Positions 33,965 through 43,278 of a stretch of DNA of 64,000 nt are shown piece by piece (the stretch's first letter is position 1; every line of letters begins with the position of its first letter). The position numbers and the translations under genes are program-made. The notes beneath the pieces are model-generated. The model did not search any database and was not told the origin of the DNA. It was given only the letters and a program-made list of their open reading frames with translations. The DNA comes from Nitrospirota bacterium (GTDB lineage Bacteria > Nitrospirota > UBA9217): assembly GCA_035516965.1 (NCBI GenBank), contig DATIZR010000120.1, positions 967 through 64,966 of the forward strand, written 5' to 3'.

Positions 33965-35176
33965 TCACAGTTCCAGGGTCCGCAGGCCGTCGTTCTCGAG
34001 GGAATACCAGATCGAGAGATAATCCCGCATCTGCCTCGTGATCAGGAAATTGTTCCGGACAAACTCCCTGGCCTGCTCGCCCATTTTCTTTCCCATGTCC
34101 GGGTTGTTCAGGAGCTGACGTATCCTGAACGCAGTCCCCTCAATGGAGTGGACAAGGAAGCCGGTAACGCTGTGCATGATCTGGAGCGGAATGCCGCCTA
34201 CGGCGCCGCCGATGACCGGTTTTCCCTTCCACATCGCCTCGGACACGGTCAGACCAAACCCTTCTTTCAGGGACTTCTGGAGCACGACCGTCGCCATCCG
34301 TTGCAGGGCATTGATGTCTCTGTCGCTGAACGGAGGAAGCATCAGGATGCGGATATCGGGATCATCGGCCGCATTCTGTTTTACTTCGTCAAGGACCTTC
34401 TCCCCTTCCGGGTCGTCCGAGGCCGGGCTGCCGGCAAGAACGAGCACGCAATCGTTGTATTTTTTCGCCATGCGGTACGCCTTGATCACGCCGATGGGGT
34501 CCTTGAACCGGTCGAACCGCGAGACCTGGAGGATGACCGGGCGGTCGAGGGGGATGTCGAACCTGTTCACCGAATCCTGGATCTCTTCCGGCGAAAGCTC
34601 GCGGTTCTTCTCGCTGACCGGATCGATCGAAGGCGGAACAATGAACTCGTGCATGCGCATGGCCTTCGCGAACTTCGATACGGAAAAGACGGCGGCGTCG
34701 TATTGCTCGCAGTACCGCCTGAGGGCGTCCCAGGTATCCCTGCGGGGATTGGAAACATCGATGTGGCATCTCCAGATCCAGGCGCCGCTCTTCCTGAAGA
34801 GGATCAGGGGCGCCGGTTGCGGGTCATGGATCAATACGGCGTCCGCTTCAAGGTCCAGGGTCTCGGCATTCCTTCTGTTGACCTCGAGATGGTAATCCCA
34901 CATGTCTTTTGTGAAGAACTCCGGTTCGCCCTGCAGCGAATTATGGATCTTCTTCGTCATGTCGTAAAAGGCCGCGTCGCCCTTGATGACCTCCCACCGG
35001 GCATCGATGCCGAACTCCTGGAGCATGGGTATCATGCGATGCAGGATCTCGGCGACACCGCCCCCCTCCCGGGTCGAGTTGATATGGAGGAACTTCCTCT
35101 TTTGAAACCGGCCGCTGAGCTTCTGCAGAAGAAGAAGGTCGCCTTTCGGCGCTATCCCATAGTATTGACTAATCAT
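33965..35176 (-). CDS. GT4 glycosyltransferase, TreT-like (trehalose glycosyltransferring synthase family)
   Basis: 403 aa. 'FLHINSTREGGGVAEILHRMIPML', 'IHDPQPAPL', 'WIWRCHIDVS', 'PPSIDPVSEKN', 'ILQVSRFDRFKDP' and 'SLKEGFGLTVSEAMWKGKPVIGGAVGGI' run closely parallel to archaeal TreT as I remember it. Confidence 0.7.
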   Translation of the reverse strand: MISQYYGIAPKGDLLLLQKLSGRFQKRKFLHINSTREGGGVAEILHRMIPMLQEFGIDARWEVIKGDAAFYDMTKKIHNSLQGEPEFFTKDMWDYHLEVNRRNAETLDLEADAVLIHDPQPAPLILFRKSGAWIWRCHIDVSNPRRDTWDALRRYCEQYDAAVFSVSKFAKAMRMHEFIVPPSIDPVSEKNRELSPEEIQDSVNRFDIPLDRPVILQVSRFDRFKDPIGVIKAYRMAKKYNDCVLVLAGSPASDDPEGEKVLDEVKQNAADDPDIRILMLPPFSDRDINALQRMATVVLQKSLKEGFGLTVSEAMWKGKPVIGGAVGGIPLQIMHSVTGFLVHSIEGTAFRIRQLLNNPDMGKKMGEQAREFVRNNFLITRQMRDYLSIWYSLENDGLRTLEL

Positions 35177-35891
35177 GACGACCTCCCGCGGTTGTCATCT
35201 CCTCTGTCACCTCGTCCCGGACAGCATGATGGACCCCGGCCGCTTCCATATCGACCTTCACTTCCGCCTCGAGGGCCTCGACGATCCGCTCCCGTATCCC
35301 TTCCAGCGAATGGACGAAGGGATCTATGGCCATCAGCTTGTCGGCGAGTTCTTTCTTCCCGAGGGCGTCGACGATCCATTGCGAAAAATCGTTCATCGCT
35401 CCGCCGAGGCGCAGCCGGGCATCGTAAAAATGATAGTACAGACAGCTTCGGTCCACGTACTTGATGGCGAGAAGGAATTCGGCGAGGTTCTTGGCACGGA
35501 CTCCCGCTGGAAAAACGAGCGTTACCGTCTCGTTGAAGTAGAACTCCTCGCCAACCCTGGTCTCCCTCGGCTCCGGGAACCGCTCGAGGTAGACCTGGAT
35601 CACACGCATCAATTCGACGCGCAATGCGTTCATATCGGGGAAATCATAGGGGTCCACATTAGAAAGCTCCTCCGCCAGTTCGCGCTCCTCCAGGTCCTGT
35701 CCCGCCCACTCGGCGAAGTCATTGGTATATTCCAGGATATGGCCTTTCAGAAAATACTGGTACGTATGGTGATACAGGGACCGGTCGCTTATCGTTGCCA
35801 GCCGGTTACGAAGTTCGGCAAGCGTTTTTGCCGTACTGCCTGTCGCTTTCAGCAGGGTTATGCATTGCTTGAATTCAAATGGCTCACGCAT
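35169..35891 (-). CDS. conserved hypothetical protein co-transcribed with the TreT-like GT (possibly DUF5752-type)
   Basis: ORF trimmed to the ATG at 35891 ('MREPFEFKQC'). 8-nt overlap with the TreT-like gene. The family name is a recollection and was not verified. Confidence 0.5.
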   Translation of the reverse strand: MREPFEFKQCITLLKATGSTAKTLAELRNRLATISDRSLYHHTYQYFLKGHILEYTNDFAEWAGQDLEERELAEELSNVDPYDFPDMNALRVELMRVIQVYLERFPEPRETRVGEEFYFNETVTLVFPAGVRAKNLAEFLLAIKYVDRSCLYYHFYDARLRLGGAMNDFSQWIVDALGKKELADKLMAIDPFVHSLEGIRERIVEALEAEVKVDMEAAGVHHAVRDEVTEEMTTAGGRHD

Positions 35892-36168
35892 AGGCTTTGC
35901 CCCTTTACGGTCTGCGCTGATGACCAAACAAGTGCGAACAGAACGGGCGAACAAAATATTGCAACAGCAGTTGGTCTCAGCGTCGAACCGCAATACCTCT
36001 CATGACAGGCCCCGCTAGGGAGCTTGCCACATAGAGATAATTAAAATATAGATATCGAGATAGGTTTTGTCAAAAAGCCGACAAAGGGAAGCGATACTAA
36101 AGACTGAGGAAATATTCTGGGAATGATTATGTGAAGGGTTATGTTAACGATAGGATGCCATGCCGTTC

Positions 36169-37602
36169 TTATTCTTTTCCCTTCGGTTCAAAATCGTCCT
36201 TGATCCTGAGGAACGTCGGGAGACTCCTGATCATCCTGAGGGCGCTGTGGGGCGACTTGAACATGAGCGGCACGAACTTGCGGGTCCAGTTCCTGCCTGT
36301 GTAGAACTGTTTCACGAACTGCTTGTATAATTCATCGAGCCGCTCCTTGGACGAAATTCCTTTCGGTACGAACACGAAATTGAGGCAGTTCATGAGGTCC
36401 CATTTCTCCTCGAAAACGCCTTCTTCCCGGATGGTCTGGTAGATCGGCGAGCCGGGGAAGGGCGTGAACTTGGTCATGTTCATGTCATCGAGCTCGAGGC
36501 CGTTGATAAAGTCCGTCGTGACCTTGACGGTCTCTTCGGTCTCGCCCGGGAGCCCCATCATGAACAGTCCCTTTGCGCGGAGCCCGGCCTTTTGAATGCG
36601 CCGGACCGTCGAGCGCATCTCGGGGAAATCTATTTTGGTCTTGTGCCTCGCGAGAATCTCCGGCGCGCCGGACTCGATGCCGACGCTGACCATCCAGCAG
36701 CCGGAGGCCTTGAGCATCCTGAGCATTTCGTCATCGGCGTGGCCCACGCGTACGGCGCAATTGAACGTCATCTTGAGCGGTTTCTCCCGCAGGAGATTGC
36801 AAAACTTCTCGATCCGTTCGCGGTTGAAGGTGAACAGGTCATCGTAGAAGAACACGTGCCGGATGTGGAACCGCTTCTTGAGGAACGCCATGTGCTCGTA
36901 AAGATACTCGGCCGAATTGAACCGGAAGCTCCTGCGGTATACGGAGCGGTCGCAGTAGGAGCACTGGTAGGGGCAGCCGCGGCTCGAGATTACCGTTGCG
37001 GTCGGCGTTTTCGGATAGTTGAACAGTGCTGCCTCGAAGCTTCCGGGAAATCCGTCGAGTTTATGGTAGGCGGGAAAAGGAAGCGAGTCAAGCTCGCAGA
37101 GATCGGTCCTGATCCCGTTGTCTCTGATCGTGCCCCCATCGCGAAAGACAAGCCCCTGGACTGTCTCCGGCTTCGCACCCGCAGCCAGCTCAGCCATGGC
37201 CTTCTCGCCTTCTCCCGTCACGAGGAGGTCAATGGCGGGAAATCGCTCCAGGATACTGCCGCGCAGCGCCGACACATGCACACCGCCAACAACGATCTTG
37301 ACACCGGGCCAGGACTCCTTGATCGCCTCTGCCTGATGGTAAGCGTTCAGGAAGCTCGACGTGACGGCCGTAAAGCCGACCATGTCGGGCCTGAAATCGG
37401 AAACGCGGGCAAGGACATCGGCCGTTCCGACGCGCGTCACCGGCCCCCGGCAGTCATGGATGGCGGTTTCGATCCCGCGCTGCTCCAGGTAGGCGGCGAT
37501 CGAGAGGAGACCGTTCGGCGCCATGCGGATGGCAGTCTCGCTCTTGTCATCACTCCCCTCGACCCAGTTCGAGCCGAAGGGGTTCACGAGCAGGACCCTC
37601 AT
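36169..37602 (-). CDS. B12-binding-domain radical SAM protein (class B)
   Basis: 477 aa. N-terminal Rossmann-like 'MRVLLVNP...NGLLSIAAYLEQRG...DMVGFTAVTS...IVVGGVH'. Radical SAM 'CPYQCSYC'. ATGA overlap with the upstream ligase gene (37599..37602). Confidence 0.8.
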   Translation of the reverse strand: MRVLLVNPFGSNWVEGSDDKSETAIRMAPNGLLSIAAYLEQRGIETAIHDCRGPVTRVGTADVLARVSDFRPDMVGFTAVTSSFLNAYHQAEAIKESWPGVKIVVGGVHVSALRGSILERFPAIDLLVTGEGEKAMAELAAGAKPETVQGLVFRDGGTIRDNGIRTDLCELDSLPFPAYHKLDGFPGSFEAALFNYPKTPTATVISSRGCPYQCSYCDRSVYRRSFRFNSAEYLYEHMAFLKKRFHIRHVFFYDDLFTFNRERIEKFCNLLREKPLKMTFNCAVRVGHADDEMLRMLKASGCWMVSVGIESGAPEILARHKTKIDFPEMRSTVRRIQKAGLRAKGLFMMGLPGETEETVKVTTDFINGLELDDMNMTKFTPFPGSPIYQTIREEGVFEEKWDLMNCLNFVFVPKGISSKERLDELYKQFVKQFYTGRNWTRKFVPLMFKSPHSALRMIRSLPTFLRIKDDFEPKGKE

Positions 37603-39053
37603 CGCTTCAACTTCCCGCTAGCGGTTTTCGGCAGCCGGTCCGTGAACTCGAAGTCCTTCGGCACCTTGTACTGGGCCAGGTGCTGATAGCAGAACTTCCG
37701 CAGGTCATTGATGTCCGGCTTCTCGGTACCATCGCGAAGCACTATCTTGGCCATCGGCAGTTGGCCGTATACAGCGTGGGGTGCGCCGTATACCAGCGAC
37801 TCCCGCACGTGCGGATGCCGGTTCAGAACGTCCTCTACTTCCTGGGCGAAGATCTTCATGCCCACGAAATTGATAACGTCCTTTTCCCTGCCGGCAATGA
37901 ACAGGTCTCCGTCGTCGTCCCTCCGGCCGAGATCGCCGGTCCTGAACCATCCGTCCGCAAGGATATCGTCCCTTCCCTGCCAGGGAGAATAGTAGGCATC
38001 GAGCATTCCCTTGCCCCTGACGAGGATCTCACCGACGCCGTTCTCGTTCCTGTTGTCGAGCTTGATCTCGAAATCCGGGAGCGGTTTACCGACGGAGCCC
38101 CTCTTTTCCCTGTTGCCGCCGAGCCTGACAAAGGGCAGGCCGACCTCGATGATGCCATAGGCCTCGGTCAGTTCGAACCCGAACTTCGCGGAGAACTCTT
38201 CTGCAACCTGTTCGGGAAGCCTGATCGCGGTCGAAACGGCCATGCGGACATTCCGGAGCGAATCCTTGGTCAAAAGACCGGAGCGGGAAAGGAGACTGTA
38301 ATGAAAGGGTGAAGCATAGATGAAGGTCCCCTTGCTCCTCGTGATGCCTTCGATCAGGGACTCCGGAAAGCGATGGCCGCACAGAACGATGGTGGCGCCC
38401 CGCCGGAGAAAGAGCAGGATGGTGACCACGAAGTGATAGCTCATGGAGAGGACCCAGAGCACCGTGTCCGCGGACGTGATCTGCAGGCCCTTGTCAGCAG
38501 CATCGGTCCGGTCGAGAATCGCCTCATGGGACAGCACTACACCCTTGCTCGTACCGGTCGTGCCGGAGCTGAAGCGGATAAAGGCCGGGTTGATGCGGAA
38601 ATATTCGGATGGCGGCCGCGCCCGCACCGTCCGTTTAACCAGGATCAATTCTTTCTGAGAGAGACCTTCAGAGGGCAGCGGTTCACCGTACCCTTCGGGT
38701 CTCAGCCGCGGCTCCGCAATGAGGTAATCCACGTCGATCCGGTCGATGACCGTCTCGATCTCATCGGCGGTCTGCTCCGGGGAAACCGGCGTAACGGCGG
38801 CGGAAAGAGACAGGATGGCGAGGCTGGCAATGATGTAGTCGATGCCGTCATCACACAGGAGCCCGACGCGGTGGGTCCGGGAGACACCCTTCCGCCGCAG
38901 CGTTTCCGCAAACATCCCGGCCGAAGCGATCAGCTGACCGTAGGTTATGCTTGAATCACCCTGGATGACTGCCGCCTTCCCGGCGAACGGCTCAGTTTCA
39001 CGCTTAATGATGTCGAAAATATTCATGAAAGGAAAATTCCGGTCGAGCAGCAC
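37599..39053 (-). CDS. AMP-dependent synthetase/ligase (acyl-CoA or acyl-ACP ligase-like)
   Basis: 484 aa. Adenylation cores 'FSSGTTGTSKGV', 'TEAYGIIE', 'GWFRTGDLG' and 'PKTASGKLKR'. Confidence 0.85.
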   Translation of the reverse strand: MLLDRNFPFMNIFDIIKRETEPFAGKAAVIQGDSSITYGQLIASAGMFAETLRRKGVSRTHRVGLLCDDGIDYIIASLAILSLSAAVTPVSPEQTADEIETVIDRIDVDYLIAEPRLRPEGYGEPLPSEGLSQKELILVKRTVRARPPSEYFRINPAFIRFSSGTTGTSKGVVLSHEAILDRTDAADKGLQITSADTVLWVLSMSYHFVVTILLFLRRGATIVLCGHRFPESLIEGITRSKGTFIYASPFHYSLLSRSGLLTKDSLRNVRMAVSTAIRLPEQVAEEFSAKFGFELTEAYGIIEVGLPFVRLGGNREKRGSVGKPLPDFEIKLDNRNENGVGEILVRGKGMLDAYYSPWQGRDDILADGWFRTGDLGRRDDDGDLFIAGREKDVINFVGMKIFAQEVEDVLNRHPHVRESLVYGAPHAVYGQLPMAKIVLRDGTEKPDINDLRKFCYQHLAQYKVPKDFEFTDRLPKTASGKLKR

Positions 39054-39138
39054 GGGAGGCGCAGAATTCGTGAAGAATCATGGCCAGAAAATACTGTGTG
39101 CCGTTGAGCCTTCCCGCGGCAACGCCGCTCTGTTCGTC

Positions 39139-40632
39139 TTACATTTTCTTGGGCAGATAGTCCTTATAGATATTCCGCATCGCGATGACGTACTTCGTGC
39201 CGTTCTTGATGCTCCGCACGATCTCACGGAAGGGAACCTTCGTCTTGTTCAGCCGGAGCGGATTGTGGCGCCAGCCGATGCTGTAGAGCCGGGCGAAGTG
39301 CGCGTAGAACTTTTTCATGTCCATCTTTGTCGGCAGCACGGTGTGCATGCAGTCGTAGTAGAGGTACGAATCGATGATGTAGTCGTTCTGGTGTTTGTGC
39401 CACAGTTCGGTTCCCGGCGAAGGGGAAAAGACCGTGAACGAAACCTCGGACGGGATGAGTTCGATAATGACCCTTTCGAGCCTCCGGAAATCCTCGACCG
39501 TGAACCCGGGATCCACCATCAGCGAGCCGTGCAGCAGGATGCCCGCCTCCCGCAGAATCTGCACTGCTTTCCTGTTCGTCTCCACCGAGGTTCGTTTTTT
39601 GTAATCCTTGAGGCGTTCCTCGTCCATGGCCTCCAGCCCTACGTAGACGATGTGGAGGCCGACCTCTTTCCAGAGCTTGAATAGTTCGGGATGATGGACG
39701 ATAGTGTCGGCGCGGGCCCAGCTCACGAACTTTTTCTTTATGCCGCGTGCTTTCAGCAGGTTCGCGATATCCGTGAGCCGCTTTGGGTTCAGGAAGGTCT
39801 CGTCGTCAACGAAGTAGATGTAATCTTCCTGGATGCCCGCGATCTCGTCCACCACGTCCTCGGGGCTTCGCTGAAGGTATTTGCCGCTCATCATGTGATG
39901 GACCACGCAGAACGCGCAACTGTAGGCGCACCCCGTCGAGGTCCTGATCGTGGCAATGGAGGGGTACATGGTCTCCAGCCGGTTGTTACCGTCCGGCGAG
40001 GTCCAGACCGAGAAATACCGCTTGCGGTCGACGAGCTCGCGACGGGGCCTTGGGATCGCTTCGACAGCCGGAAAGAGAGGCGGCTTCGCGCCCGCCTTCC
40101 GGGTGAACTCGATGTCCTGTACCGCGAGGACCGCATCTCCGTCCGCAAGGGTTTCACCTTTCTTATAGCGGTGGATAATGCCTTCGAATGCCGTGCCGCC
40201 TTCCCCGCGAACGACCAGGTCCATGTCCGAACCGGCGTAGTCCGCAGGAATGATCGTGGCGTGGATGCCGCCGGCCACGGTCAGGACGCCGGGCACCAGC
40301 ATTTTCGCCCGTTTGGCAAGGTCTTTTACGATGGCCGACTGGTTGCTGTAAGCCGTGAACCCGATGATGTCCGGCTGGAGCTCCCGCACGCGTTGTTCGA
40401 AAAAGGCCACCGGGTCTTTTTCCAGTGCGATGTCCTCGATCAGCACCCGGTCCTCCTTCGGGACCCCTCCCGCCACGATTTCGAGCTCCAGGGGCTCGAG
40501 GTGAAGGAAGTCCTGGAGCCTCCTTGCCACGAGAAGGTGCGAGTGCGGTTTGATGAGAAGGATGGTGAGGGGCTTGTTCTTTCCAAAGGCCTTCCCAGGC
40601 CTGGCGTCTACCGATGTCGTCGTCTGTGTCAT
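39139..40632 (-). CDS. B12-binding-domain radical SAM protein (class B)
   Basis: 497 aa. Contains 'ILLIKPH...DIIGFTAYSNQ...LTVAGGIHATI' followed by 'CAYSCAFC'. Confidence 0.8.
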   Translation of the reverse strand: MTQTTTSVDARPGKAFGKNKPLTILLIKPHSHLLVARRLQDFLHLEPLELEIVAGGVPKEDRVLIEDIALEKDPVAFFEQRVRELQPDIIGFTAYSNQSAIVKDLAKRAKMLVPGVLTVAGGIHATIIPADYAGSDMDLVVRGEGGTAFEGIIHRYKKGETLADGDAVLAVQDIEFTRKAGAKPPLFPAVEAIPRPRRELVDRKRYFSVWTSPDGNNRLETMYPSIATIRTSTGCAYSCAFCVVHHMMSGKYLQRSPEDVVDEIAGIQEDYIYFVDDETFLNPKRLTDIANLLKARGIKKKFVSWARADTIVHHPELFKLWKEVGLHIVYVGLEAMDEERLKDYKKRTSVETNRKAVQILREAGILLHGSLMVDPGFTVEDFRRLERVIIELIPSEVSFTVFSPSPGTELWHKHQNDYIIDSYLYYDCMHTVLPTKMDMKKFYAHFARLYSIGWRHNPLRLNKTKVPFREIVRSIKNGTKYVIAMRNIYKDYLPKKM

Positions 40633-40737
40633 GCTGTAACTCCCTTTCGTGATTGAACAAAGATAACAAAGATTTCAAAAAAAGGCCTGTTAACCGTTCA
40701 CGCCAAACCGGTCGGGCAGTTCCTCATTCACAGGGGA

Positions 40738-41964
40738 TCATTTCCCGAAAGCCGGGTACTGACCGGACCTGACCAACTCGGCTGCGGCCCGGCCCGCCGC
40801 TTCCCCCAGGGCGATGCACGCGCCCATCACCCGAACGGAGCCGAGTGCCTGATGCGATACGGAAATGCAGCGTCCGGCAGTGAGGAGATTATGAAACCCT
40901 TTGACCTTCAGGCAGCGGAACGGTATTTCGTAGTAATCGTTCTGGGGCACGTACCGATACACGGGCCCCTTGGTCCGGTCCCAGAGCTCAATGGGCCACG
41001 AATTCTTTACAACGCCATCGGAGAACTTCTTTGCCGAAAGCACGTCCTCTTCGCTCAGGACGTACTCGCCGCGGATCCTTCTGCCCTCCCGGTCCAGAAC
41101 TCCGGAGGCTTCCCGGATCACGGCTTCGCGAAAAGAAGGGAGCCTTGCCGCGAGGATGGCCATTGCCCGGCTGACTTCCCCCCGCACCCGCGTTTCGCGA
41201 TCAGGGTGTTCCTGCTCCTCGGTGCTGAACTTGAGATAACCTTCCTCCGGAGCATCACCGGGGTGGAACGCCGTGAAACGCATGCTGGAAGAGAGCTGCC
41301 CGTGCTCCACAGCCTGTGCCAGCACGAAGGGTACCTTGATTGAAAGCGCCTGGTCCTGGCCCTGGAGGCCGCTGACCCGGACCGTGTAGCCGGCCATCTG
41401 GATCTCGTTGGGAGGCGCACAGTCGAACTCGGCCCCTGCCAGAAACCCGATCTCGCCGCTTCCTGTGCAGTCGATCACGGCCGATGTTCGGAGCGTCACG
41501 TGCATGCCCTTTTGATCGACGAGGATCCCGTCGATTGTGCCGCAGTCTGCGGTGACCGCGATCGCAACACTCTCACGAATCACCTCTATTCCCTGCTCGT
41601 TCCGGCAGAGTTCTCCCAGGACCTGTTCAAGGTCCGCTGACTCGTAGGGCAGGACAAAGACCTTCCCTGCCTTCTGGACGGTCCGCCGGGGAGACTTTTT
41701 CAAGAGCGCGGCAGCAATCTCCCGCGTTACTCCGGGGTTCAGTGTTTCCCCGGGTTCAGAACTCCCGCCGGCATAGAGCCCGCAGATCGTCCGAAGCATG
41801 CCGTGCGTACCGGTCCCGCCCAGCCGGCCCGATCTTTCAACCAGGATGACGCGGCACCCTTTCCGGGCTGCGCTGATTGCCGCTGCAACGCCGGCGACTC
41901 CCCCTCCTGCGACCAGAACTTCACCAACGATCGTTCCTTCCCTCCTGTCGATCAGAGACTGCAT
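40738..41964 (-). CDS. FAD-dependent oxidoreductase
   Basis: 408 aa. N-terminal dinucleotide fold 'VLVAGGGVAGVAAAISAARKGCRVILVER' and 'GGTGTHG'. Overlaps the upstream gene by 13 nt. Confidence 0.75.
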   Translation of the reverse strand: MQSLIDRREGTIVGEVLVAGGGVAGVAAAISAARKGCRVILVERSGRLGGTGTHGMLRTICGLYAGGSSEPGETLNPGVTREIAAALLKKSPRRTVQKAGKVFVLPYESADLEQVLGELCRNEQGIEVIRESVAIAVTADCGTIDGILVDQKGMHVTLRTSAVIDCTGSGEIGFLAGAEFDCAPPNEIQMAGYTVRVSGLQGQDQALSIKVPFVLAQAVEHGQLSSSMRFTAFHPGDAPEEGYLKFSTEEQEHPDRETRVRGEVSRAMAILAARLPSFREAVIREASGVLDREGRRIRGEYVLSEEDVLSAKKFSDGVVKNSWPIELWDRTKGPVYRYVPQNDYYEIPFRCLKVKGFHNLLTAGRCISVSHQALGSVRVMGACIALGEAAGRAAAELVRSGQYPAFGK

Positions 41965-43277
41965 CGGAGGTCACGCTCCAGGGTCTCCAGTTCTTCGTCA
42001 CCAAACAAGCCGTCGAGACAGGAGATCGTCGCGTTCAGCCGCCTGCTGTACGAATTAAAGAAGACGCCTATCCCCGGCGGCACGGGTGTTCTCGGCATGT
42101 GGAACAGGTTTACGATCTTCGCGCCAAGCAGGTCCGCGGACACAAAGGCGTCCTTGCTCACGTGCGAGAAGCAGAACGAAGCTATCTTTCCCTCCATGGG
42201 AAGATGAAAGATACGTTCCAGCAGCGGGAGGGGGGCGATTCGAGTCAGGGCGCCGGCAGCAGCGAGCTTTTCCGGGAAGCGGTTCTGCGTCTGCTCGTAA
42301 AGCTGGCTGCGGATCACGGTGATCAGCCGTTTTCGATCGCCCACGTCCTCCGGCTTTATCTGAAAGAAGAACATCGAGTTCTGGTTGAAGAACAGCTCTT
42401 CCCTGATGTCCTTTGCGCGGCGCATGTCTGTCGAAACGGGCACCACATAGGCCCCGGGAGCCGCCCCCCTGCCCTCGAACAGGCGGTGAAGACCCTGGAT
42501 CACGCGGCTGAACAGGTAGGGCATGATCATCAGGTACCCGGCCTCATCATAGGCGTTGTTCGTGATCCGCTTCGTCTCTTCCTCGTTGAAGGCGATGATC
42601 CGGAACCGGAAACCCCGGCTGCTGCTGCTCAGGCTGACCGGCACGGCACGCACCGGCTCCCCGGAGAGCGACCGGACCTTGCGGTTCACGACCTGTCCGG
42701 CGAGGAACTTGTTCTTCCAACCGGACAGGTCATAGTCCTGGATCAGCCGGATGTTGCCGACGACATCGTCCGAGTTTGCGGCGAGATAGCGCTGGAGCAG
42801 CCCCACGAAAGCCTCGGCTCCCCTCGCATCAAAGAGTCGGTGATCGAAGGTCATGGCGAAGCACTGCTCGCTCATTCCGTAGACCAGGTGGAACGCCAGG
42901 TGTTCGTCGCTTCCGGTGAATGGCGTATTGATGGATCGCGTCAGGACCGACAGGAGGTCCCGGTCGCGGGACGCTCCGTCCAGCCGGGTGACCGTGAGCG
43001 GCAGGGGATGTTCCCTGGGCCCGTTCGGTATCTTCCAGTAGGGAGTGAGCGTCCAGTGCCGGGACACGCGGCCGTTGATGACCGGGAAAAAACGGAGGAA
43101 GCGCCGCAGCGATTCGCGGACGAAGGCCTCGTCGGGCGGAGCATCGAGCATGAAGACGATCTGCGAGGAGTTCCCTGCGCAGGTGGCGTTCTTCATGATG
43201 AGGTCGATGGTCCCCATCACCCAGTCGAAGCCGCTGAGGTAGTATTTGTTCTTGACTGATAGGTACTCGGAGATCAT
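41952..43277 (-). CDS. condensation/acyltransferase-like protein (HxxxD motif)
   Basis: 441 aa. 'MTFDHRLFDARGAEAF' resembles the HHxxxDG catalytic motif of the condensation / WS-DGAT / PapA5-type acyltransferase superfamily. The assignment rests on this motif and on context only. Confidence 0.45.
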   Translation of the reverse strand: MISEYLSVKNKYYLSGFDWVMGTIDLIMKNATCAGNSSQIVFMLDAPPDEAFVRESLRRFLRFFPVINGRVSRHWTLTPYWKIPNGPREHPLPLTVTRLDGASRDRDLLSVLTRSINTPFTGSDEHLAFHLVYGMSEQCFAMTFDHRLFDARGAEAFVGLLQRYLAANSDDVVGNIRLIQDYDLSGWKNKFLAGQVVNRKVRSLSGEPVRAVPVSLSSSSRGFRFRIIAFNEEETKRITNNAYDEAGYLMIMPYLFSRVIQGLHRLFEGRGAAPGAYVVPVSTDMRRAKDIREELFFNQNSMFFFQIKPEDVGDRKRLITVIRSQLYEQTQNRFPEKLAAAGALTRIAPLPLLERIFHLPMEGKIASFCFSHVSKDAFVSADLLGAKIVNLFHMPRTPVPPGIGVFFNSYSRRLNATISCLDGLFGDEELETLERDLRCSL

Positions 43278-43278
43278 G

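Noticed and set aside
32771-35464. An 897-aa uninterrupted plus-strand ORF, the longest plus-strand ORF in the window.
   Set aside because: It lies entirely antisense to treZ and the TreT-like gene, both of which show strong family motifs. Its translation is Arg/Pro/Gly/His/Asp-rich low complexity with no recognisable motif. Long antisense ORFs of this kind are expected in GC-rich DNA because stop codons are depleted.
36013-36029. A sigma54-like element TGGCAAGCTCCCTAGCG on the minus strand, upstream of the trehalose operon.
   Set aside because: The GG-to-GC spacing is one nucleotide too long compared with TGGCAC-N5-TTGC. The -12 element reads TAGC, not TTGC. This is too weak to call without a scoring matrix.
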